Part shown: piece after piece, positions 35,310 through 44,550 of the stretch | How the letters are laid out: every line of letters starts with the position of its first letter | How positions within the stretch are numbered: the stretch's first letter is position 1 | IMG/VR virus record: IMGVR_UViG_3300049441_000044 | Span: 1 to 52,712 of that record | DNA from: a virus | Taxonomy: Duplodnaviria > Caudoviricetes | Strand: one strand, 5' to 3' | Length of the DNA: 52,712 nucleotides | Translations under genes and position numbers: made by a program | The notes under the pieces: model-generated | Told to the model about the DNA's origin: nothing | The model's input: the letters and a program-made list of their open reading frames with translations, nothing else | The model's database searches: none

Positions 35310-36659
35310 GGACATCGCCGCGACGGTGTCCACGGCCTGGTGACCCAGGGCCACGGCGGTGTCGACGTCGCCGGCGAGGGCGTGCGCTCCGGTGAGGTCG
35401 GGCAGGTACAACGCCCGGGACATGGGCCGGGGGTTGTCCACGGCCCGTCGTAGCAGCGTCACCGCCTTGTCGATGCAGCGGCGGTTTCCGGTGGCCCGAC
35501 CCAGCTCGTAGTAGGCGTGCCCCTGCCAGGTGGTGATCTTCACTTCGCCGTCCACGCACGCCCACGGGGTGGTGTCGGCCGGGTCGATGCGACCGAACGA
35601 GTCCTCGGCGTCGCCCAGCGCCCGCCGGCACGAGTCGAGCTCGCCGCGGGCGGCGTGCGCGAACGCGGCGTTGGTGGCCAGGCACGTCAGGGTCGACTGG
35701 GTCAGCGGGTGGGCGCCCACCCCGACGGTGGTCCCGATCTGCACCAGCCGCGACGCCTCGTCGGGCCGCCGCAGGTACAGGGCCTGCTGGGCCATCACGA
35801 ACAGCAGATGCGCGGTCAGGTCGGTGGTGTGCGGGTGGTCGGTGGCGCGGGCGATTTCCAGACCGACCGACCACAACCGGCGGGCCGCGTCGTGGTGGTC
35901 GACGTCCATGCTCATCCACCCGGCGAGCACCGCCAGGTGAGTGATCGCGATGTGCAGGCGGGGCGCGAGGTCCTCCGCCATCGGGCGGCCCAGCAGCGGC
36001 AGCGCGGCCTGGAGCTGGGCGACGGCGGCTTCCCGGGCCGCGCCGCCACCCAGGGTGAAGTTGCTCTGCTCGAACCCGGCGGTGGCGTGCTCGATCGCGG
36101 CGACGTCAGCGACACCGATCTGGCCGGTGTCGTCGGACTCGGTGTCGGGGTAGAGCAGCGCGATGAGCCGCTCCACGTCGATGTCCAGGGATCCGGCGGC
36201 GGCGAACGCCAGCGCGGCGATATCTGCGATGAAGTCTCTGCGGTCCACCCAACTTGTCCTTCCGTCAGCCCCTGCGATCACGGTAGCGGTCGAACCGAAC
36301 TTCAGGAGGCTGCTCGGGATACGCAGGCCCCGCACGACCCCGGCGACGAGTTGGATGTCCCGCAGCCGGTGCACCCCTCGCTCGATCTGCGAGACCCGGG
36401 CCTGGCCGAGGCCGGTGATCTCGCCGAGGGTGCCCTGGGTGCAGCCGGTCAGGCCGCGGACCTGGAGGAACAGCGCCCCGAAGTCGTAGTTACCGACCAC
36501 CGACTGGATGGTGCGGTCGGCGTAGAAGGTGGCGGGCAGCTCCAGGCGCGGGCTGTGCCCGGCGGCCTGGCAGGGGTCGCAGAGGGACCCGGATGTCTTG
36601 GTGCGGCGCAGCTGGGCCCGGCACACGGGGCAGCGGGGCAGCGGCTTCGAGGTCGCCAT
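35205..36659 (-). CDS. XRE-family HTH regulator with N-terminal Cys pairs and TPR-like C-terminal region
   Basis: TQ..LG..TGL.QARVSQIERG HTH, an RRDF segment, and the helical C-terminus typical of actinomycete XRE regulators. Confidence 0.85.
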   Translation of the reverse strand: MATSKPLPRCPVCRAQLRRTKTSGSLCDPCQAAGHSPRLELPATFYADRTIQSVVGNYDFGALFLQVRGLTGCTQGTLGEITGLGQARVSQIERGVHRLRDIQLVAGVVRGLRIPSSLLKFGSTATVIAGADGRTSWVDRRDFIADIAALAFAAAGSLDIDVERLIALLYPDTESDDTGQIGVADVAAIEHATAGFEQSNFTLGGGAAREAAVAQLQAALPLLGRPMAEDLAPRLHIAITHLAVLAGWMSMDVDHHDAARRLWSVGLEIARATDHPHTTDLTAHLLFVMAQQALYLRRPDEASRLVQIGTTVGVGAHPLTQSTLTCLATNAAFAHAARGELDSCRRALGDAEDSFGRIDPADTTPWACVDGEVKITTWQGHAYYELGRATGNRRCIDKAVTLLRRAVDNPRPMSRALYLPDLTGAHALAGDVDTAVALGHQAVDTVAAMSSRRLGTRLQVLNAILDPLGDRSDVVELRERLTAA

Positions 36660-36870
36660 TGGATCACCCTAGACCGGGCTCGGCCACAGCCGGTAGGGGG
36701 CCGTTATCACGATGTGAGGCCCAGCGCCACAGCACGTACGTGTAGTCGCCCGTCAGGTAGTGATTCCAGTCACCGTCGGGTGTTCTAGGTGCAGGCTCGT
36801 GGCGTGGGTGTGCCCACCCCGTCCACGCCACGAGCACGCCACGAGGACCCAAGCGGCGGGAGGTGAAGCG

Positions 36871-37479
36871 ATGACCGGGCGACCGAGCAGCGCGACCCGG
36901 TCGTCGTGCCCGCTGGTCCGGGACGGCGCGATCGCCGCGGCCGCGCACGGCTGGCCGGTCACACCCGGCACCTTCCTGCACCCGGTGCGGGAGCTCACCG
37001 TCTGGTACGGCCGCCCCCGCGCGAGCCGGTTGTGCCCGGCCACCGACGGCTGGCGGCAGAACCGGATCACCGACCCGGACCGGGCGGGGCAGCTGTGGAA
37101 ACACCGGCCCTACTCGGTGCTGCTGGTCTGCGGGTTCGGGGTCGACGCGCTGGTGGTCCCCCCCGAGGTCGCCGAAATCGCGCTGCCCGCCGTGGGCGGC
37201 GCGGGGCTGGCGGGGCCGATCGCGGCGGTCCCCGACCCGTGGCGGTGGCTGCTGTTCGTGGAATCCGGCGCCCCGCTGCACCCGGCGCTGCGGGCGGTGG
37301 GGGTCGAGCTGCGCGCCCGGGACCAGTGGGCGCCGCTTCCCCCGACGCATCTGGGGTCGACCCGGGCCCGCTGGCACCACCTCCCTGAGGGGTGGCAGCC
37401 ACCCGGGTCGGCCCCGGCCCAGGACGCGATCAGCCGCGCGCTGGAGGCGGGGTGTGATGCGGACCTGGCCCGGTGCTGA
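36871..37479 (+). CDS. bifunctional DNA primase/polymerase N-terminal-like protein
   Basis: A..GWPV.PG, TD......W..RPY.VLL.CG..DAL.VP, GP......W..FV and LPPT. Divergent from the XRE gene. Confidence 0.7.
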   Translation: MTGRPSSATRSSCPLVRDGAIAAAAHGWPVTPGTFLHPVRELTVWYGRPRASRLCPATDGWRQNRITDPDRAGQLWKHRPYSVLLVCGFGVDALVVPPEVAEIALPAVGGAGLAGPIAAVPDPWRWLLFVESGAPLHPALRAVGVELRARDQWAPLPPTHLGSTRARWHHLPEGWQPPGSAPAQDAISRALEAGCDADLARC

Positions 37480-37810
37480 GCCGCCGCCGTCGTGGGCGGC
37501 GCAGACGGTGCGGTGGGCGTACGCACCCGGGGATCTGCTGCACGCCCTGGAGGTCGTCGTGCAGCCCGTCATGCCGATGGTCGCGGCGTGCGGGCAGCCC
37601 GTTATCACTGTCTCGCTGCCGCCTCAGGGCGCGCAGCGGTGCCCGGGGTGTGTGCTGGCCTGCACCGCCCCGGGCCGCATCCACCGGCACCGTCGCGCGC
37701 CCCGGCCCGGGGTGTGGGCCCGACTGAGCGCCCGCGCCCGGGGCGGCGCCACCCGCAACCGCCGCCTCCGCGCTGTCTTGCCGGGGCATCGACCCGGCGC
37801 TGCGCGGTGA
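37454..37810 (+). CDS. small zinc-finger-like protein
   Basis: H...ACG......L..P....CPGC. Confidence 0.5.
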   Translation: MMRTWPGAEPPPSWAAQTVRWAYAPGDLLHALEVVVQPVMPMVAACGQPVITVSLPPQGAQRCPGCVLACTAPGRIHRHRRAPRPGVWARLSARARGGATRNRRLRAVLPGHRPGAAR

Positions 37811-37816
37811 GGACCG

Positions 37817-38332
37817 GTGCCGGGCCCGGGCGGCGCGTGGGTGGTGGTGCCACTGGCGGCCACCGCTCTGGTGTTGGTGGCGGCCTGGTGGGTGGCGCCG
37901 CGCCGGCGGTCGAGCCGCGCGGCCACCCATCGGGCGAAGTCCCTGGCCGCCCCGTGGGCCATTCCGGTGGCCTACCTCCAGGCCCGGCTCCGCGACGAGC
38001 GGCTCCAAACCCAACTGCTCGCCAAGCAGCGGCGGGCGCAACAGCCGAAACAGCCACGGCGGGTGACGGTGCTGTCCCGGGCGGTGCCGTCGCCGCGACC
38101 GGATCAGGGCAGCGAGGTGCACAATGAGAACTCGGAGAGTCACCGTCGGTCCCGACCTGTTCGTGGTGATGGGCTACCTTTTCGGCAGTCCGCTGCGGAT
38201 CACGGTCGCGGACTCCGTGCCGGCGGCGGCCGCCGCGGCGTGGTGGCTGGGGGAAGGAGCTCTCGGGGTGGACTGGTACTTACGCGACGACCTGACATAC
38301 CGGCGGCCGGTGCTGCTGCTCACCGGAACTGA
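37817..38332 (+). CDS. hypothetical single-TM protein (3' end uncertain)
   Basis: Hydrophobic N-terminus; overlaps the next gene by about 200 bp. Confidence 0.3.
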   Translation: MPGPGGAWVVVPLAATALVLVAAWWVAPRRRSSRAATHRAKSLAAPWAIPVAYLQARLRDERLQTQLLAKQRRAQQPKQPRRVTVLSRAVPSPRPDQGSEVHNENSESHRRSRPVRGDGLPFRQSAADHGRGLRAGGGRRGVVAGGRSSRGGLVLTRRPDIPAAGAAAHRN

Positions 38333-38585
38333 CCAGGGCACGACGCACGCCACGGTGCTGGTCCCGGGCACGCCGGTGTCCGAGCTGCGCACCGCGAGCT
38401 GCGGAGCCGACGTTGACCTGGCCCGGGTGTGGTGGCCCGGTGAGGGCACACCGTGCGGGCGGTGCGTGACCGCGCTGCACCCGATCCAGGCGGCGAAGGC
38501 CGTCGGGAACCACTGTGGGGCCGGGTGGGACCCCGACCTTGCCCGGCCCCACAGTGCCCTACCCGTCCCGGCGGGTGCGGCGTGA
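38124..38585 (+). CDS. hypothetical zinc-finger-like protein
   Basis: GAGG RBS; H...CG...G.PC.RC. Confidence 0.5.
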   Translation: MRTRRVTVGPDLFVVMGYLFGSPLRITVADSVPAAAAAAWWLGEGALGVDWYLRDDLTYRRPVLLLTGTDQGTTHATVLVPGTPVSELRTASCGADVDLARVWWPGEGTPCGRCVTALHPIQAAKAVGNHCGAGWDPDLARPHSALPVPAGAA

Positions 38586-39094
38586 GCCGGGGGCGCCGCG
38601 CGGCGCGGGACGCGCTGCCACCGGAGCTGGCGGAGCAGTTCGACCGGCTCCTGGCCGACGGGTTCCGGGTGTGGTGCTGCGGCCGTAAGAGCGACCCGAA
38701 CGCGTTGCTCGCGTCCTACGACTGGGACGGCTACGTCGACCTGGCGACGATGACGGCCCCGGAGTTTGAGGTGGTCACCACCGCCCGGGTGGTGCGACGC
38801 GGCACCGTGGACGTGTTCGACCCGAAAACGGTGGTCTGGGCGTTCCAGGGGGCCGCTGACGACGCGTTGCGGTCCCTGCTGGACCTGGTCCACCCGGACC
38901 ACCCCGCCGCGCCCAGGTTCGAGCACCCAGCGCCGCCCGCGATGGTGATCCCCCCCGACCTGCAGCGCCCCACGTCGATCAGGATTCCCTCGGCGGGTGC
39001 GGCGGGGGTGCGGGCGGTCCGGCTGGCGGCGCTGATGAAGGCCCCGGCCCCTTTGGAGGCCGCCGGGCTCACCGTTTCCGGGCAGCGGCCGTGA
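38582..39094 (+). CDS. actinomycete-type hypothetical protein
   Basis: GTGA coupling; CCG...P..L.A.Y.W..YVD, VVWA.QG and LL.L.HP.HP.AP. Confidence 0.65.
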   Translation: MSRGRRAARDALPPELAEQFDRLLADGFRVWCCGRKSDPNALLASYDWDGYVDLATMTAPEFEVVTTARVVRRGTVDVFDPKTVVWAFQGAADDALRSLLDLVHPDHPAAPRFEHPAPPAMVIPPDLQRPTSIRIPSAGAAGVRAVRLAALMKAPAPLEAAGLTVSGQRP

Positions 39095-39246
39095 CCGAGG
39101 CGATCACCGGTGGCGACTTCGCTGAGGAAAGAGCGGAGATCGACGCCATCGTCAACGAACACCTGGCTAGCGGAGACGAAGCCGCAGCCTTGAGAGCCGC
39201 CCGCGCCGGGACGGATTACCTCAACGCGCTGCGAAGGTACTCCTAA
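39091..39246 (+). CDS. small hypothetical protein (51 aa)
   Basis: GTGA coupling; reads MTEAITGGDFAEERAEIDAIV...RRYS*. Confidence 0.35.
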   Translation: MTEAITGGDFAEERAEIDAIVNEHLASGDEAAALRAARAGTDYLNALRRYS

Positions 39247-39249
39247 CCC

Positions 39250-39954
39250 CTAGGGGGGTGTTTCTGGCCGGGGCGCAGCCGGACCCGGAGCCGGTGCCGG
39301 CTTAGGTCGGGGGTCGGGGGCGAGGGCCTCACCGGCGAACACAGCGCAGAACAGGTCGGTGTCGACCATCAGGTACAGGTAGGCCAGCGCGGCCACACCG
39401 CGGGCGCAGTCCGCGCCGCCGGGGTGCAGCGGCGGGTCAGCGACCCGGGACCAGGCACGGTCCGGGCTGCCGGACCGGGTGCCGTCGGCGACCCGGCCGA
39501 ACCCGGCGGCGACCGTGGCGGCGACTTCGGTGTAGCGGTGCGGGTCGCTGACCCAGCCCCCGACCAGGGCGGCGAGCGTGTCGCGGCCGCTGGCGTCGAC
39601 GCGGGCGGGGGGGAGCTGGGCGCCCCAGGTGGCCAGGCGCAGCAACGCCCGGGATTCCCAGGCGTACCCGTCGCCGGCGACGAGGCTGCCCGGGGTCGGC
39701 TGGGCCGCGAGGGCGGCGGCGAGGGTGGCGACCGCGCGGTGCCCGGCGCCGGCCAGGGCCCGGTGCAGGGTGTCGAGGTCGGGGCCGGTGGCGGGACGCA
39801 CCGGGCGCAGCGGACCCCGCTGGGCGCTCAACGCGGGGTGACGCAGCGGACGAAGGCCCCGGTGGGGGCCGTAGTCGGGGAGGTAGAGCCCGTCGGGGGT
39901 GGGCGCCCAGCCCTGGCCGCCGGCGTCGACGACCCGTGGTGGGCGGCCCGTCAT
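39250..39954 (-). CDS. hypothetical protein, paralog of 25329..26126
   Basis: Motifs collinear with 25329..26126. Confidence 0.65.
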   Translation of the reverse strand: MTGRPPRVVDAGGQGWAPTPDGLYLPDYGPHRGLRPLRHPALSAQRGPLRPVRPATGPDLDTLHRALAGAGHRAVATLAAALAAQPTPGSLVAGDGYAWESRALLRLATWGAQLPPARVDASGRDTLAALVGGWVSDPHRYTEVAATVAAGFGRVADGTRSGSPDRAWSRVADPPLHPGGADCARGVAALAYLYLMVDTDLFCAVFAGEALAPDPRPKPAPAPGPAAPRPETPP

Positions 39955-39981
39955 CGACCGGGCAGCCTACCGTGAGCACCC

Positions 39982-40611
39982 ATGACAACGCCGCAGCGTG
40001 AACACGACGGGTTGTGGGTGTGCTCCCAGGTGCTGAGCAGCGGCCATTTCGGGGTGTCGGTGCACATCGGGCGCGAGCAGTGGGAACTGGTCGGGGACCA
40101 GGTCGTGGAGTACGCGAAGGCGTGTTTCACCCTCGCGACCGCCGCGGACTACGACGTGGCCGTGTTCCGGCTGCTCACCACCCGCCTCGGTCTCGAGCCC
40201 GCGCTGGCCCGTCGGGTGCTGGTGGGGGCGGTGCACTGGGACCGCCCCGAGTTGCACCAGGCCACCGCGCCGCTGCGGTTCACCGGGGTCATCGACCGGA
40301 CCAAGCACCCGCACCCGAACCCGGGGTCCTACGTGCCTCGGCTGTCGATGAGCGTGCACGGCCGGAAGCTCGGGTTGATCAGCCCCCAGGATTTGCGGAT
40401 CCACGCGGCGGGAGCCCTGGAGGTCCAAGCCGCCGCCACGATGGACTCCGCGTTTTCGGCGTCCCTGGCCGAGCACCTGGGCCTGGACAAGATCACAGCC
40501 CGGGGTGTGGTGCAGGACCTGCAGAACTACCTCCCGGAACCGGAGCAGTCGGCGCCGCTGCCGTCATCGTGGGGGGCAGCGGACCCTGGAACCCTTCCGG
40601 GCCCGGCATGA
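39982..40611 (+). CDS. hypothetical protein
   Basis: TACCGT 8 nt before the ATG; 209 aa. Confidence 0.6.
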   Translation: MTTPQREHDGLWVCSQVLSSGHFGVSVHIGREQWELVGDQVVEYAKACFTLATAADYDVAVFRLLTTRLGLEPALARRVLVGAVHWDRPELHQATAPLRFTGVIDRTKHPHPNPGSYVPRLSMSVHGRKLGLISPQDLRIHAAGALEVQAAATMDSAFSASLAEHLGLDKITARGVVQDLQNYLPEPEQSAPLPSSWGAADPGTLPGPA

Positions 40612-40918
40612 ACCGCACATCCCGCGCGGTGAGGTGGCGCTCCACCCAGTGCGGGTGGACCCAGGTCGCGCGGAACCCGAACGCGGTCGGTGCCCCGCCG
40701 GGGTTGCAGCCCAGCAGGTGTGACCGGGCCAGCGCCACCGCCAGGCTGGGGCCCTCGACCAGCGCGCCGCCCAGGAACCAGCCGTCAGCGTCGGTGAAGC
40801 TGAGCTGCCACCAGGTGAGCCGCCCCTGCGCGTCGGGGACCCGGGGGGTGAACCGGCGGGCGGCGGTGATCGCGTCCTCGGTGAGCCGGTCCAGCGCCAC
40901 CGGGTCCAGAGCGGTCAC
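40493..40918 (-). CDS. hypothetical protein
   Basis: WW.LSF.D...FLG...VE and G.NPGG motif of small phage proteins. Confidence 0.55.
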   Translation of the reverse strand: MTALDPVALDRLTEDAITAARRFTPRVPDAQGRLTWWQLSFTDADGWFLGGALVEGPSLAVALARSHLLGCNPGGAPTAFGFRATWVHPHWVERHLTARDVRFMPGPEGFQGPLPPTMTAAAPTAPVPGGSSAGPAPHPGL

Positions 40919-41151
40919 GGGCGCCTGACCGCGAACCGCCGCAGGTACCAGCCGGGCCCGTACACCACCAGCGCGGCGGCGGGCAGGAACGCGACCTGCC
41001 CGGCCAGCGGCCGCCAGAACCCGGGCAGCATGACCACCGCCAGGGCGATGAGGACCAACGCGACGAGCCCACCGCCGGCGCCAGCGGCGAACGCCACCCG
41101 CCGGTCACGGCGTGTGAGAGTCATCTCGGGCGGGTGGGATCTGGCGCTCAT
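40915..41151 (-). CDS. small two-TM protein
   Basis: Two hydrophobic segments; coupled to the next gene. Confidence 0.45.
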   Translation of the reverse strand: MSARSHPPEMTLTRRDRRVAFAAGAGGGLVALVLIALAVVMLPGFWRPLAGQVAFLPAAALVVYGPGWYLRRFAVRRP

Positions 41152-41444
41152 GGGTGACTTGGTACCACACGATCACGGTGAGTTCCTCGCCGCCCGGTAG
41201 CGGCGGGCCGGCCCGCTACACTGCGCCCTGAGTCACCCACCGGGACTGGCGTAGGCCGTGGCCGCCGGGATGCGGATCCCCGCCGTCCCGAAGGGCCACC
41301 GATGATCGTGCGGGCCGTCGTCAGCGGGGTGCTGGTCGTGCTGGTAACCAGGCTCCTGGACTGGCTGACCACACCGGACAAGCCGGTCCCCGACGGGGGT
41401 GGCTTGCAGGCCGGGTCGGTCCCGGCGGTTGAGCCGCGCGCCCC

Positions 41445-41762
41445 GTGAGCGGCGTCGTCCTCGGATGGGAACCGGGCCGGCTCACCGTCATCCTGGTCGA
41501 GGGCGGCCCCTGGCCCCTCGCGCTGGATGTCCCTCCGGACGCCCTGGCCGCCGGTGACCTCATCGAGCTGTGCTTTTACGGCGGAGCCGACGTGGTGTGG
41601 ACCGCGACGATCACCGGCAGCCGGGTGTCGTGGTCCAAGTCCATCGCGCAGGTCACCGAGATCATCCAGACCGGGCTGCGGCGGGCTGAGCTGCGCCACG
41701 TCCGGGTCGGGGCCGAACCGATCGTGTGGTACCGGGGCGACGTGCGGGTGGTGGAGCGGTGA
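41445..41762 (+). CDS. small beta-sandwich virion-associated protein (inferred)
   Basis: LGW.P..L...L..G, W.A.I.G....W and VWY.G.V; heads a coupled cassette. Confidence 0.5.
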   Translation: MSGVVLGWEPGRLTVILVEGGPWPLALDVPPDALAAGDLIELCFYGGADVVWTATITGSRVSWSKSIAQVTEIIQTGLRRAELRHVRVGAEPIVWYRGDVRVVER

Positions 41763-42277
41763 ACCTCTGCCTAGGTCCAGGTATGACCGTGCACGTCGTG
41801 CCCCCACCGCTGTGCACGATCCAGATGCCCGCCCCGCCGCGGTGCGTGGGGCACCTGGTGCCGGTCGCCGGCCCACCAGGCCCAACGGGGCCACCAGGGC
41901 CGGCCGGGTCCGGCGCGGCGGGGCAGGTGCGGCTCACCGGCGTCGCGGCGGTGGCCCTGTCGGGGCACCGGGCCGTGACCCGCCGACCCGACGGTCTCCT
42001 CGAGTACACCGACAACACCACCGCGGCGCACCTCAACGCCCCGATCTGGATCACGTTGGGTGCCGCCGCCGCGGGCTCGGTGGTCGAGGTACTGGCCTAC
42101 GGCACCCTCACCGAACCCAGCTGGGCCTGGCTACCCGGCCCGCTGTACCTCGGGTCGGGTGGGCTGATCACCCAAACGCCGCCGAGCCCGCCGGCGCTGT
42201 TCCTCGCCACGATCGGTGTCGCGACCGGTCCGAGCACCGTGTTCCTCGACCGACACCCGTCGATAGTCCTCATCTAA
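41759..42277 (+). CDS. virion decoration-like protein with short collagen-like repeat
   Basis: GPPGPTGPPGPAG; LSGHRAV and EPSW.W.PGP.YLG..G.ITQ.PP. Confidence 0.6.
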   Translation: MNLCLGPGMTVHVVPPPLCTIQMPAPPRCVGHLVPVAGPPGPTGPPGPAGSGAAGQVRLTGVAAVALSGHRAVTRRPDGLLEYTDNTTAAHLNAPIWITLGAAAAGSVVEVLAYGTLTEPSWAWLPGPLYLGSGGLITQTPPSPPALFLATIGVATGPSTVFLDRHPSIVLI

Positions 42278-42291
42278 AGGGAGCGTCACCG

Positions 42292-42801
42292 GTGGCAGAC
42301 AAATACCTCTACAACAGCGCGGGCACCCTCACCGAACGCGCCGGCCTGGTGACGTCGGCCGGGGCGGGAGACGCCGGCAAGATCCCGGCCCTGGACGGCA
42401 CCGGGCGGTTGGACAACTCGGTGATGCCGGTAGGCGTGGCCTCCAGCGACACCGCCCAAGTCACCGCGAGCGAGGCCCTGGCGGCCGGTGACTGGGTTAA
42501 CATCTGGAACAGCACCGGCGCGAAAGCCCGCAAGGCCGACGCCGGCGCCGCAGGCAAAGAGGCCGACGGGTTCGTGATAGCGGCGGTCTCCAGCTCGGCG
42601 ACGGCGACCGTGTACTTCGAGGGCACCAACACGCAGGTCACGGGGGCCACACCGGGGCCGGTGTACCTGTCCGCTACCACCCCGGGGCAGAGCACCGGCA
42701 CCGCACCGTCCGGCGCGGGGCAGGTCGTCCAACGTCTCGGGGTGGCAGTGTCGGCTACCGCGATCAACTTCGAGCGCGGCACCGCGATCGTGCTGGCCTG
42801 A
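42292..42801 (+). CDS. capsid cement/decoration-like protein
   Basis: AAGGGAG RBS; SAGAGDAGKI.ALD..GRLD, ASEALAAGD.VN, RKADA and A.VYFEG.N. Confidence 0.65.
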   Translation: MADKYLYNSAGTLTERAGLVTSAGAGDAGKIPALDGTGRLDNSVMPVGVASSDTAQVTASEALAAGDWVNIWNSTGAKARKADAGAAGKEADGFVIAAVSSSATATVYFEGTNTQVTGATPGPVYLSATTPGQSTGTAPSGAGQVVQRLGVAVSATAINFERGTAIVLA

Positions 42802-43217
42802 TGGCCGTCCGCCGACCCCTGGTCCTGGATTCGGGTCTCGTCCGGGAGTTCCCCACCGGGGATCTGATGCTGGGCACGATCCTGCCGCTGGTGGCGTACC
42901 CGGCGGTCACCCTCACCGACGCCGCGACGATCGCCACGAACGCCGCGTTGGGCAGCTACTTCCGGGTCACCCTCGGGGGGAACCGGACGTTGGGCGACCC
43001 GACGAACCCGACCGACACCCAACCGGTGATCTGGGAGTTCGCCCAGGACGGCACCGGCAGCCGAACCCTGACTCTGAGCTCGGCGTTCGTTTTCGGCGCC
43101 GACCTCACCGTGGTCACCCTGACCACCACGGCGAGCAAGCGGGACCTGATGGGCGCGATCTACCACGGCCCGACCAGCAAGTGGCTGGTCACCTTCTTCC
43201 TCAAAGGGTTCGCCTGA
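42801..43217 (+). CDS. virion-associated protein
   Basis: TGATG coupling; MAVRRPLVL..G...E.P.GD N-terminus; TLGGNRTL..PTN and QDGTGSRTLT fibre-tip-like motifs. Confidence 0.6.
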   Translation: MAVRRPLVLDSGLVREFPTGDLMLGTILPLVAYPAVTLTDAATIATNAALGSYFRVTLGGNRTLGDPTNPTDTQPVIWEFAQDGTGSRTLTLSSAFVFGADLTVVTLTTTASKRDLMGAIYHGPTSKWLVTFFLKGFA

Positions 43218-43900
43218 TGTTCCCGCGTGTGGTCACCGCCGCGAACAGCTCCCTGAACACGGCCGGGTCCACCCACCCGATCGCTATGCCGGCCGGGGTG
43301 GTGGCCGGGGACCTGCTGCTGGGGTTCTGCGCCGCGCAGGCCGCCGCCAGCGCCGCGATCACCTGGCCGGGGGTGTGGACGGAGCTGTTCGAGGCGGCCG
43401 CGACCACGGTCCCGTTCTCCACCGCCTACAAGTGGGCCGGGGCCGGGGAGGTCGGGTTCGACATCACCACCAGCGTCGCGGCCAGGTCCGCGACCCGGCT
43501 GCTGCGGATCGACCGGGCGCACCCGAGCACGCCCCCGGCGATCGGCACCGAAGTCGTGAACGTCGGTCTCGCGGCGAACCCGCCGTCGCTGAACCCGGCG
43601 GCGTGGGACGTCGAGGACACCCTGTGGATCACCGCGCTGCTGATCGCGTCGAACCTCGGGGTGGCCACCGCGGCGCCCGCGAACTACGGGGGGCTGGACA
43701 GCCACGGCAGCGGCGCCACCGCCGGCGGCGCGGCGGTGGCCACGGCGGTGCGGGAGCTGCGGGCCGCCAGCGACGACCCCGGGGTGTGGGCGTCGACGCC
43801 GTCGACGTCGTACCGGGTCAACACCGTGGCGGTGCGGCCCGTGGTCCCCACCGGGCTCGGCGCGCACGGTGGGGACTTCCTGCCGTTCTTCCATCGTTGA
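43217..43900 (+). CDS. minor tail/fibre-like beta protein
   Basis: TGATG coupling; PAGVVAGDLLL and W......YK.A pattern. Confidence 0.55.
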   Translation: MFPRVVTAANSSLNTAGSTHPIAMPAGVVAGDLLLGFCAAQAAASAAITWPGVWTELFEAAATTVPFSTAYKWAGAGEVGFDITTSVAARSATRLLRIDRAHPSTPPAIGTEVVNVGLAANPPSLNPAAWDVEDTLWITALLIASNLGVATAAPANYGGLDSHGSGATAGGAAVATAVRELRAASDDPGVWASTPSTSYRVNTVAVRPVVPTGLGAHGGDFLPFFHR

Positions 43901-43925
43901 TCGAGAGTTGAGAGAGGTGATCCCC

Positions 43926-44264
43926 ATGAGGGGACGTGCACTCCAGGGGGCGGCGGCGGCGGTCATCGCGGCGTTACTGGTGGTGTTCGGCGGCACCACC
44001 GCTACCGCCACCGCCACCGCCAGCGCCACCGAACCGGTCCACGCCGCACCACCGGCCCCAGCGGCCACCGCGGCCACGCCGGCACCACTGATCGGGCCGG
44101 AATGCCGGCCCAGTGTGGTCAGCGCCGTGCTGGCGGCGCTGGCCCGTAACGGGACACCGGTGGTGCCCGGGCAGCAGGTGCAGTACCTCCAGCTCACCCA
44201 AACCCCGGACGGCGCGTACCGGCTGGAGTTGTGCGTGGTGACGGTCCCGGACGGCGCGGCGTGA
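43926..44264 (+). CDS. putative secreted protein
   Basis: GAGG RBS, signal peptide, Thr/Ala linker. Confidence 0.5.
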   Translation: MRGRALQGAAAAVIAALLVVFGGTTATATATASATEPVHAAPPAPAATAATPAPLIGPECRPSVVSAVLAALARNGTPVVPGQQVQYLQLTQTPDGAYRLELCVVTVPDGAA

Positions 44265-44301
44265 TCAGCCACGGTCGGTGGGGGTCCCTACACTGGTCGC
44301 C

Positions 44302-44535
44302 GTGTCGCGGCAGCGTGCGGTGTTGACGCAGCCCGTCCTGGCCTACGTCACCTGGCCGGACGGGCTGGTCGGCGCGGCCTGGGAGCTCGCGGAGGGCACC
44401 GTGCTCGACGTCAGCTCAGTCACCCTGACCGACACCGGGTTCGTGCTCTGCGGGCACCCGGTGGACGCGCCGGAGCTGTTCACGGTCACCCAGGTCGCCG
44501 ACGTCGACCCGGTCGGGATCCCGGTCCCGTTCTGA
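44302..44535 (+). CDS. small hypothetical protein
   Basis: TACACT 7 nt before GTG 44302. Confidence 0.45.
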   Translation: MSRQRAVLTQPVLAYVTWPDGLVGAAWELAEGTVLDVSSVTLTDTGFVLCGHPVDAPELFTVTQVADVDPVGIPVPF

Positions 44536-44550
44536 GTATCAGGCCGGGGT

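Noticed and set aside
41527-42291. N-terminal part of ORF 41527..42801
   Set aside because: Overlaps two better genes; strong RBS at GTG 42292.
43995-44030. ACCGCC repeats
   Set aside because: Encode a Thr-Ala linker in a secreted protein.
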